A DNA stretch of 24,158 nt from an uncultured bacterium (GTDB lineage Bacteria > Abyssobacteria > SURF-5): positions 1-24,158 of the forward strand of contig CAZEBC010000040.1 of assembly GCA_964510165.1 (NCBI GenBank), written 5' to 3'. Below the pieces are notes generated by a model, which ran no database searches, had not been told where the DNA came from, and saw only the letters and a list, made by a program, of their open reading frames with translations. Position 1 is the first letter of the stretch. Every line of letters begins with the position of its first letter. A program made the position numbers and the translations under genes. Positions 17,115 to 24,158 of this stretch are shown here, one piece after another.

Positions 17115-17225
17115 ATGAGGAGAAAAAGACAAGCTCGGACCCTGTTTCGGGTCGCGAGGAACATCGCCGTTATAGGATTCATGCTGTTAGAAAAGGCACG
17201 TTTACAACAAAGGGAGAAAGCATGA
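17115..17225 (+). CDS. Possible 36-aa small ORF overlapping the porin start
   Basis: AGGAGG SD at 17104-17109, ATG 17115, MRRKRQARTLFRVARNIAVIGFMLLEKARLQQREKA, TGA overlapping the porin ATG (ATGA). Codon usage is atypical for this window. Confidence 0.25.
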   Translation: MRRKRQARTLFRVARNIAVIGFMLLEKARLQQREKA

Positions 17226-18718
17226 AGAACGTGGTTTTGTTCCTCTGCATAGCCGCACTGGGCCTGGCGCTCATTACGCCGGCGTGGGGGAACCCGGAAT
17301 CAGACGATCTTCAGGCATTGAAGGCGCAGGTTGACCAGCTCAACAAGCTCCTTCAGGGCCAGCAGCAGAAGCTCGAGCAGCAAGACATGAAACTGCAAGA
17401 GCAGCAGCGCAAAATCCAAGAACTGGAGAAGACGGGAACGGAGCCCGTTACAGACGAGGATATGGAAGTCATCCTCGAACGGGTGAAGGCCGAGCTTCCT
17501 CCGCCTGCGGACGGTCTTACAATCGGCGGGGGCAAGATACGCATAACGCCGTATGGGTTCATTCGACTGGATGCGGCGTATGACGACTCGGCGAACTTCC
17601 TGTTCTCAGGCAATGTGGTCGGATGGGCGTTCCCCGAGGGCGGCACAAACACGGCCCTGGAGAAAATGTTCCCGAACGACGACGAGAGCTTCTCCATGAC
17701 CGCCACCGCGACGCGGCTGGGCTTGAATTTCCTCGGCCCCGAGTTTGCGGGCGGCAACATCAAGGGCCAGCTCGAAATCGACTTTGACGAGTTGTCCGGT
17801 TTCGGCGGCGACGTGGTGGCCCACCGCATCCGCATGCGGCATGCCTATGCCGAGCTCATGTATCCCACGTGGAGCCTGCTCGCGGGCCAGACGTGGGACG
17901 TCATCGCCCCGAAGATCCCCTATATGCTCGACTGCGTCGTGCTGTGGGGATCGGGCAACGTCGGCTATCGGCGTCCGCAGCTTCGTCTCACCAAGTGGAC
18001 GGACATTGACGGGACGAAGCTCACCGGGCAGTTCAGCTTGAACCACACGGACCGGAGCCTCCAGGACAACATCGACGCGGACATCAATCTGCTGAACGGT
18101 GTTGAATCCGGCTGGCCGCTTACAGAGGCTCGGCTCGGCGTGGACGGCGTGATATTCGGCGACCGCAAGGCCGGCTTCGGCGTGTACGGACTGATCGGCG
18201 AAGAAGAAGTTGATTTTCCGCCGAGCAGGCCCCACGCCAAGGAAGACCTTGATGTCTGGCTTGTCGGTATCGACGGCAGCCTGGCCGTTATCCCGAGCCT
18301 GGTCACGCTTCAGGGAGAACTGTGGATCGGAGAGAACATAGACAACGTCTATGGCGGCATCGTGCAAGGCGCCGTGTTTGACGCGACCGACCCGAACAAT
18401 ATCGAGGAACTCGAATCGTATGGCGGATTCATCAGCGCCATGATCACTCCTCGGCCGGGTCTTCTGTTCAACGTCGGCTATGGTCTGGATGACGTTGACA
18501 GCAGCGACATGACCCCAACAAACTTCGTGTCCGGCGCGCTCAGGACCGACAGCTTCGGCAACCGCAGCCAGAACTGGACGGTCTTCGGCAACGTCATTTA
18601 CACCGTAGTCCCGAATTTCGATGTGGGACTCGAACTCGCGTGGCATGAGACCAAGTGGGTTGGCATGGAAGACGGCGACCTGTTCCGTATCCAGACTGCG
18701 TTTATTTACAAGTTCTAG
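17222..18718 (+). CDS. Outer-membrane porin, DcaP-like, with N-terminal coiled coil
   Basis: Signal peptide; Gln/Leu heptad coiled coil; 'YGFIRLDAAYD', 'TRLGLNF', 'IRMRHAYAE', 'LLAGQTW', 'RRPQLR'; alternating beta strands; C-terminal 'YKF'. Confidence 0.85.
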   Translation: MKNVVLFLCIAALGLALITPAWGNPESDDLQALKAQVDQLNKLLQGQQQKLEQQDMKLQEQQRKIQELEKTGTEPVTDEDMEVILERVKAELPPPADGLTIGGGKIRITPYGFIRLDAAYDDSANFLFSGNVVGWAFPEGGTNTALEKMFPNDDESFSMTATATRLGLNFLGPEFAGGNIKGQLEIDFDELSGFGGDVVAHRIRMRHAYAELMYPTWSLLAGQTWDVIAPKIPYMLDCVVLWGSGNVGYRRPQLRLTKWTDIDGTKLTGQFSLNHTDRSLQDNIDADINLLNGVESGWPLTEARLGVDGVIFGDRKAGFGVYGLIGEEEVDFPPSRPHAKEDLDVWLVGIDGSLAVIPSLVTLQGELWIGENIDNVYGGIVQGAVFDATDPNNIEELESYGGFISAMITPRPGLLFNVGYGLDDVDSSDMTPTNFVSGALRTDSFGNRSQNWTVFGNVIYTVVPNFDVGLELAWHETKWVGMEDGDLFRIQTAFIYKF

Positions 18719-18731
18719 AGGCGAATCGGAC

Positions 18732-18763
18732 GGGGAGAGGCGGCGTCCAAGGCCGCCTTTCCC
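18732..18763 (+). terminator. GC-rich hairpin after the porin (possible terminator)
   Basis: GGGAGAGGCGGC-GTCCAAG-GCCGCCTTTCCC; no clear U-tract follows. Confidence 0.45.
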
Positions 18764-18790
18764 TCGTTCGGCCTCTGATGTGGGACTGAT

Positions 18791-18841
18791 CCCGGTCATA
18801 TTGGGGACACCATGTTGCATGGTGTCTCCAATATGACCGGG
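18791..18841. repeat. 24-bp-arm palindrome
   Basis: CCCGGTCATATTGGGGACACCATG-TTG-CATGGTGTCTCCAATATGACCGGG; one G.T wobble only. Confidence 0.9.
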
Positions 18842-18913
18842 CCGGTTCGACACCCCCGAATCGGCGACGACAGGTTTGCATTAAGAATTTAGCGAACTCT
18901 GTCCGCTCTCCCG

Positions 18914-18922
18914 TGGTATAAT
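18914..18922 (+). promoter_or_regulatory. Extended -10 promoter element for iorAB
   Basis: TGgTATAAT about 50 nt upstream of iorA; SD AGGAG at 18960-18964; no good -35 box. Confidence 0.6.
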
Positions 18923-18973
18923 GAAATTCTCAGCAATCCACAATAAGTAACGTTTCATCAGGAGTTCGAACAC

Positions 18974-20743
18974 ATGAATGCTGTACTGATGTCGGGAAAT
19001 GAGGCCGCCGCGCGCGGTGCGTACGAGGCGGGGGTCAGGTTCGCCGCGAGTTATCCGGGAACACCCGCGACCGAGGTGCTCGAGAGCGTGGCCTCATATC
19101 CGGGAGTCAAAGCGCAATGGACCGTGAATGAGAAGGTGGCGCTCGAGGAGGCGATCGGCGCGGCAGTGGCGGGAGCGCGAGCGCTAGCCTCGATGAAACA
19201 CGTAGGCCTGAATGTCGCAGCCGACCCCCTGTTCACGTCGTCATACATCGGAGTCAAAGGCGGACTGGTCATCATCAACGCCGACGATCCGGGAATGCAC
19301 AGCTCGCAGAACGAGCAGGACAATCGTTATTATGCCCGCGCGGCCAAGCTGCCGATGCTGGAGCCAGCCGACAGCGCCGAAGTGAAGGAGTTTGTCAAGT
19401 TCGCGTTCGACCTCAGCGAGCAGTACGACACGCCCGTGATCATCCGGGTGACGACGCGAATCTCTCACTCGAAGGGAGCGGTCAAGCTCGGCGAGCGAGT
19501 GGAAAAGGAAGTCGCCGGGTTCACGTCCGATATTCCAAAATATGTGATGTTGCCCGGCTACGCGAGGGGCCGGCATGTGGTTGTAGAGGAGAGGATGCAG
19601 CGTCTGAACCGGCTTTCGGACCGCTCGAAGCTGAACCGCATCATCAAGGGCGACAGTTCGGTCGGCATCATCTCGAGCGGAGCTGCGTTCCAGTACGCGC
19701 GCGAGGTCGCGCCGAAGGCTTCGTTCCTCAAGCTTGGAATCGTGAATCCGCTTCCGAAGAAAATAATACAACGCTTCGCGGAGCAGGTGAAGCGTCTGGT
19801 GGTCGTTGAGGAACTTGACCCGGTCATCGAGGAGCAGGTCCGCGCGATGGGAATCAAGGTGCACGGCAAGGACCTGGGATTCCCGCTTTGCGGCGAGCTT
19901 TCGCCCGAGAAAGTGTGGGAGGCGCTGCACTCGAAATTCCCGCGCATCGTGAGGCCGAGGCACGAGATGACGGTTCGGCCCGATGCGTTCACCGACCTGC
20001 CGCCGAGGCCGCCGGTGATGTGTCCCGGATGTTCCCACCGCATCGTGCTGAGCATTCTCAAGAAGTTCAAGGTCAACGTGATGGGCGACATTGGTTGTTA
20101 CACCCTTGCCGCCCAGCCGCCGCTGAAGGCGATGGACTCGTGCCTGTGCATGGGCGCGAGCGTGGGCATGGCGTTCGGCATCGAGAAGGTGACGGGAAAA
20201 GGCAAGACGGTCGCCGCGCTCGGCGATTCCACCTTCATCCACGGCGGCATCACCGGACTCATTGACATCGTGTACAACAAAGGGGCGACGCTCGTCATCA
20301 TCCTCGACAATTGCACGACCGCGATGACCGGCAGGCAGGAGCATCCGGCCACCGGGAGGACTCTTCAGGGCGAGCCGACCGTGCAACTCGACTTCGAACG
20401 GCTCGCGCGCGGCATCGGCATTAAGGACGCGCATACGGTTGATCCGCTCGATTTCGACAAGCTGGAGCAGACAATCGCGGCCTGTTTGAAAAGCGATGAG
20501 CCGTCGCTGATCGACGCGAAGCGCCCCTGCGTGCTTATCCCCGGGCGAGAGCCGCTGCCCGTGTATGCGGTCAACCAGGAACTGTGCACTCAGTGCGCCG
20601 CCTGCATCCGGCTCGGATGCCCGGCCATGACGCAAATGGGCAAGGGGAAAGAGAAGAGGTTCTTCATTGACGAGTTCTTCTGCCAAGGATGCGGCCTGTG
20701 CATGCAAGTGTGTAAGTTTGATGCAATAGGAGTGAAGCAATGA
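18974..20743 (+). CDS. iorA: Indolepyruvate:ferredoxin oxidoreductase alpha subunit
   Basis: 'GNEAAARGA', 'YPGTPATE', 'NEKVALE', 'MKHVGLNVAADP', 'DDPGMHSSQNEQD', 'RPPVMCPGCSH', 'GDIGCY', TPP motif 'GDSTF...LDN', two C-terminal CxxCxxC ferredoxin motifs. Confidence 0.96.
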   Translation: MNAVLMSGNEAAARGAYEAGVRFAASYPGTPATEVLESVASYPGVKAQWTVNEKVALEEAIGAAVAGARALASMKHVGLNVAADPLFTSSYIGVKGGLVIINADDPGMHSSQNEQDNRYYARAAKLPMLEPADSAEVKEFVKFAFDLSEQYDTPVIIRVTTRISHSKGAVKLGERVEKEVAGFTSDIPKYVMLPGYARGRHVVVEERMQRLNRLSDRSKLNRIIKGDSSVGIISSGAAFQYAREVAPKASFLKLGIVNPLPKKIIQRFAEQVKRLVVVEELDPVIEEQVRAMGIKVHGKDLGFPLCGELSPEKVWEALHSKFPRIVRPRHEMTVRPDAFTDLPPRPPVMCPGCSHRIVLSILKKFKVNVMGDIGCYTLAAQPPLKAMDSCLCMGASVGMAFGIEKVTGKGKTVAALGDSTFIHGGITGLIDIVYNKGATLVIILDNCTTAMTGRQEHPATGRTLQGEPTVQLDFERLARGIGIKDAHTVDPLDFDKLEQTIAACLKSDEPSLIDAKRPCVLIPGREPLPVYAVNQELCTQCAACIRLGCPAMTQMGKGKEKRFFIDEFFCQGCGLCMQVCKFDAIGVKQ

Positions 20744-21357
20744 ACGTGATGATGGTAGGGGTCGGCGGACAGGGAGTTCTGACGGGCGCCGACATTCTGG
20801 CGCGCTCGGCGATGGCGCGCGGATTCGACGTTAAGGTGAGCGAGGTGCACGGGATGGCGCAGCGCGGCGGCAGCGTGTACTCGCATGTGCGTTATTCCAG
20901 GAAGGTCAGGTCTCCGCTTATCATGATGGGCGAGGCCGACATAATCCTCGCGTTCGAGCGCGTGGAGTCACTCCGGTTCGCGCATTACGCCAAGCCCGAC
21001 GGACTCATCATCGTCAACAACCAGCGGCTTGACCCGGTTACCGTTTCCTCCGGCCAGTTCTCGTACCCTGAGGACATCTTCGAGCGGCTCAAGGCGCTTC
21101 CGCAAGAAATTCATGTCGTGGACGGCGAAAGCCTCGCCGCGAACCCCGCAACCCGCCGTTCTGTGAATTTTCTCCTCATTGGCGCCCTCGCTGCGCGAAC
21201 GGATGACATCCCGCAGAAGATATGGGAGCAGACCATCACGGAAGCATTCAGCCGCAAGCCCAAAGCCCTCGAGGCCAACCTTGAGGCTTTCCACAGAGGC
21301 TTCGCGGGAGCAAGCCGCGCTCGTCCGAAAAGCCGCCGTTCCTCCAGGACTTTATGA
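20740..21357 (+). CDS. iorB: Indolepyruvate:ferredoxin oxidoreductase beta subunit
   Basis: 'GVGGQGVL', 'SEVHGMAQRGGSVYSHVR', 'SPLI...ADIILAFE', 'NLEAF'; ATGA overlap with iorA. Confidence 0.95.
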   Translation: MNVMMVGVGGQGVLTGADILARSAMARGFDVKVSEVHGMAQRGGSVYSHVRYSRKVRSPLIMMGEADIILAFERVESLRFAHYAKPDGLIIVNNQRLDPVTVSSGQFSYPEDIFERLKALPQEIHVVDGESLAANPATRRSVNFLLIGALAARTDDIPQKIWEQTITEAFSRKPKALEANLEAFHRGFAGASRARPKSRRSSRTL

Positions 21358-21459
21358 GCGTCAAAGATAGAATTCATCGCACGGCTCATCGACACTTGAG
21401 CATGCGATTGTGCGAATGAATTCCCGCCCACCCAATCGCGGGTAATCATTCCTGCCGGT

Positions 21460-22500
21460 TCACAGGAGCAGAAGCATGAGGAGCGCCACGAGGAGAGCCG
21501 TTGCGACGAGGCCGAGATTTCGGAAGAAATCGGTTCTGAGGATGGGCGCCGTCCAGTAGATGCTGTGAACATCGGAGGGCAGCGTGCGACCGGTTATGAC
21601 CAATTCGACCTCCTCGAGCAGGTCCTGTGCGATGAGCTTTCGGAGCGCTTTTCCGAGTTCGGCTGAAGCCGCTGATGGATTGCCCATGTAGGTGACGAGA
21701 TGATCGCCGTATCCTCTGCGCGTATTGAGCCACCAGCCAAGGTTGCGCGCGATGCCGTCGAAGATAAGGCTGATCTTGTCGGACGCGCCCTTGAGCCCGA
21801 CCAACCTGAATGTGGCTGCGAGCGGTCGGCCGCTGTTTCGAATCCACCCGACTCGCGGAGGGCCGTCAGTCCTGGATGCCCGATATGAATCCGAAACGAG
21901 CTCGGGCCGATATGCGAGCAGCAACGAGGTCTCCAGAATGGCCGCATGTTCGCCCCCGAGGCTGAGGGCCGTCTTCTCTTCTTCGCTCAATGCGCGCCCG
22001 ATTTCCGCCTCGATTCGGGGAATAGCTGCGCCGGTGACATACGCATACAGCACGCGCATCGAGGGCGCGATCATCGCCGCGCCCCGCTTTCGGCTGACGC
22101 GCTGGCATGCCTCCTCGAGCGCGGGAGGTTGGCGCGGCCCGCCGTGGCCGTTGGTGACGACGATGTATTTGAATCCGTGGCTGGTGAGCGAGTTGCCGAA
22201 GCCGATGATCGCGCTCCTGAGCGTGCGCGGCGTGGTTGCGATCGAGCCTGCAAGCGGCAGTTCGTCGGTCCCGATTGTGAGCGGCGGATACAGGACGACG
22301 GCCCAGTCGGCATGTTTTCGGGCGAATGCTTCGGCCAGGTCGGCGGCGTTCATCGAAGCGAAGAACGTGTCCATTCCCATCGGCAGGTGATGTCCATGGA
22401 CCTCGAGGGAACTGACCGGCAGGATCAGAAGGGTTTTGTCGCGGTCCAGGTCTCGCATCTGCGAAAACAGCATCTCTTCGGCTTTGTAAAGTGTGCTCAC
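21460..22500 (-). CDS. Creatininase-family amidohydrolase with C-terminal hydrophobic anchor
   Basis: 'LPVSSLEVHGHHLPMGMD', 'NGHGG', 'EHAAILETS' supply the metal ligands; hydrophobic tail 'LGLVATALLVALLMLLLL'; GTG start after AAAGGA. Confidence 0.85.
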   Translation of the reverse strand: MSTLYKAEEMLFSQMRDLDRDKTLLILPVSSLEVHGHHLPMGMDTFFASMNAADLAEAFARKHADWAVVLYPPLTIGTDELPLAGSIATTPRTLRSAIIGFGNSLTSHGFKYIVVTNGHGGPRQPPALEEACQRVSRKRGAAMIAPSMRVLYAYVTGAAIPRIEAEIGRALSEEEKTALSLGGEHAAILETSLLLAYRPELVSDSYRASRTDGPPRVGWIRNSGRPLAATFRLVGLKGASDKISLIFDGIARNLGWWLNTRRGYGDHLVTYMGNPSAASAELGKALRKLIAQDLLEEVELVITGRTLPSDVHSIYWTAPILRTDFFRNLGLVATALLVALLMLLLL

Positions 22501-22614
22501 GATTCAGGATCCTTTCCGAAGCTGCTCGCTTGAGGGCTATGGATATGGCTGAGGGTTTCATGTATTATATACCGGCGCGTGCAGATAATGGCCATACGGG
22601 AAGGAGCAACTGAG

Positions 22615-23445
22615 ATGGATGGAATAAGAGACAAGGTGGCCCTTGTGACCGGCGTTGGAAGGATACACGGTATCGGGGCGGGCATCGCGAGACGCCTGGC
22701 GCGGGAGGGCGCGCATGTGGCCGTGAGCGATATCTGCGCTGACTTCAAGGATGTGCCCGGCTACGGAATGGGCACGTGGGACCAGCTCAGGCAGACCGCC
22801 GACCAGCTTCGGTCGCTCGGGGTGCGCTCGGCGGCGATAAGGTGCGACGTGACGAAGGCCGAACAGGTGGAGGCGATGCTCGAGCAGGCTGTCTCCGAGC
22901 TCGGCCGCATTGATATCATGGTGAATAACGCGGGCGGCAACCCCGGCTCGGCGCCGGTTCTCATGATGGAGGAGGCAGCCTGGCGGCGTACGCTGGAGAT
23001 CAACGCAACGGGCGCGTTTCTGTGCTCGAGGGCGGCAGCGCAACGCATGATCGCGCAGGGCGAAGGCGGCAAGATCGTCAATCTCTCCTCGCGCACCGCG
23101 AAGACGCCCGCTCCTTATCTTGCGGCCTATATCGCGTCGAAGCAGGCGGTCATAGGACTCACCAGGGCGATGGCGCTTGAGCTCGGCCCCTTCAGGATCA
23201 ACGTGAACGCTGTATGCCCGGGCTTCATCGACACCGACCTCACGCGCGAGGGACACGCCAAGCAGGCCGAGGCCACGGGGGTCTCCGTCGAGGAAATAGT
23301 GGCCGAAAAGGTGAGGAGCATCCCGATTGGACGCCCCGGAACACCGGAGGACGTTGCCGGAGTAGTGGCATTTCTGTGCTCCGCCGATGCGGATTACCTG
23401 ACCGGCCAAGCGATCAACATCACGGGCGGATGGGAGATGCATTAA
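22615..23445 (+). CDS. Short-chain dehydrogenase/reductase (SDR)
   Basis: 'VALVTGVGRIHGIG', 'NNAG', catalytic 'YIASK', 'VNAVCPG', 'YLTGQAINITGG'. Start reassigned to ATG 22615 after AAGGAG. Confidence 0.93.
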   Translation: MDGIRDKVALVTGVGRIHGIGAGIARRLAREGAHVAVSDICADFKDVPGYGMGTWDQLRQTADQLRSLGVRSAAIRCDVTKAEQVEAMLEQAVSELGRIDIMVNNAGGNPGSAPVLMMEEAAWRRTLEINATGAFLCSRAAAQRMIAQGEGGKIVNLSSRTAKTPAPYLAAYIASKQAVIGLTRAMALELGPFRINVNAVCPGFIDTDLTREGHAKQAEATGVSVEEIVAEKVRSIPIGRPGTPEDVAGVVAFLCSADADYLTGQAINITGGWEMH

Positions 23446-23489
23446 AGAAGAGGGGGAAAAGGGGAAAGGCGAAAGGATATTTTGACTGG

Positions 23490-23993
23490 TCAGGAATTCA
23501 GTTTCTGCAATTTCTCCAGCCGGGCCACGAGCTGCTCCACCTGTTTCTCGCGCTTTGACAGGCGCTCCTGTGAATCCTTCAGGCGTCCGGCTAATTTATC
23601 GATCTTCTCCTCCAACTGAACGTATCCCACATTCATCCTGGCGAGACGGTCGGCGAGCATGCGGGCCAACTTGAGGCCGAGCGCCGGAGAAGAAGTGAAG
23701 AAATCCATCACTTTGTCGGCACTGACGACAAGGAATGTGCATGACGCCATGGTTTTGAGCGTGGCGGTTCGAGGGATGCCGAGAAGAGTGGACAATTCAC
23801 CCAGGTAGCTGCCTTCCTCCTCAACGACGGCGATGCGCTTGTTGCTCTTAAGGATTTCCACCTTCCCTTTGAGCAGTATGTACATTTCCGAGCTGGTGTC
23901 GCCTTCCTTAAAGATGACCTCGTCGGCAAGCACCCGCTTCTGCAAAGCCCTCAGTTTTTCTGATTCTTCATAGAGCTTGATGAGATCGCTCAT
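23490..23993 (-). CDS. Cyclic-nucleotide-binding domain protein with C-terminal coiled coil
   Basis: 'VIFKEGDTSSEMYILLKGKVEI', phosphate cassette 'LGELSTLLGIPRTAT'; heptad-rich C-terminus. Start reassigned to 'MSDLIK' after AAGAGGGT. Confidence 0.88.
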   Translation of the reverse strand: MSDLIKLYEESEKLRALQKRVLADEVIFKEGDTSSEMYILLKGKVEILKSNKRIAVVEEEGSYLGELSTLLGIPRTATLKTMASCTFLVVSADKVMDFFTSSPALGLKLARMLADRLARMNVGYVQLEEKIDKLAGRLKDSQERLSKREKQVEQLVARLEKLQKLNS

Positions 23994-24044
23994 TGGCGCA
24001 ACCCTCTTTGTTGAATGCCTGGAAAACTGGCCACTACAACATAT

Positions 24045-24073
24045 TGTGCATAACTTGTTGATGTTGTGGATAA
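24045..24073. promoter_or_regulatory. Two DnaA-box-consensus 9-mers
   Basis: TGTGCATAA (24045-24053) and TGTGGATAA (24065-24073) read TTATGCACA and TTATCCACA on the minus strand, in an AT-rich stretch. Confidence 0.45.
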
Positions 24074-24158
24074 GTTGTATTGCTTTGATGGCCTCGTTCA
24101 GAACCAGTATAAGGGCAAATGCGTTGAAAGTCAATTCAAGACAAAAAGTTACGAAGGC

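Noticed and set aside
23445-23476. Purine-rich runs (also 1-37) and the TTTCTGG tandem near 3449-3464
   Set aside because: Short low-complexity tracts with no supportable function.
23994-24134. N-terminal extensions in the ORF track (also 9109, 14139, 14914, 22579)
   Set aside because: Downstream ATGs match family N-termini, most with better SD sites, and the extensions overlap other genes or regulatory DNA.

Overview
GC-rich bacterial window, probably from a diderm anaerobe: it encodes O2-sensitive glycyl radical enzymes, a ferredoxin oxidoreductase and an outer-membrane porin. There are three blocks. (1) 135-7169: a TetR regulator, two tandem full-length but divergent glycyl radical enzymes (GREs) and one ferredoxin-insert GRE activating enzyme. 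GRE1 is canonical (GCIE / RVAGY); GRE2 is non-canonical (GCVD / KVGGY). (2) 8049-21357: an arylacetate uptake, activation and 2-oxoacid module. paaI is divergent from paaK - ACT protein - LivKHMGF-type ABC transporter - second paaK paralog with eroded catalytic motifs - DcaP-like porin - iorAB. (3) 21460-23993: a creatininase-family hydrolase divergent from an SDR with a mycofactocin-SDR-like insert, then a cNMP-binding/coiled-coil protein. Intergenic spaces contain many palindromic repeats of several REP-like families, clear back-to-back sigma70 promoters with a candidate operator, and DnaA-box-like motifs. The best candidate for an undescribed system is the GRE pair with one shared activase; next is the PaaK pseudo-enzyme. 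No rRNA, tRNA, CRISPR or transposase was seen. All calls come from reading motifs by eye; no database searches were run.
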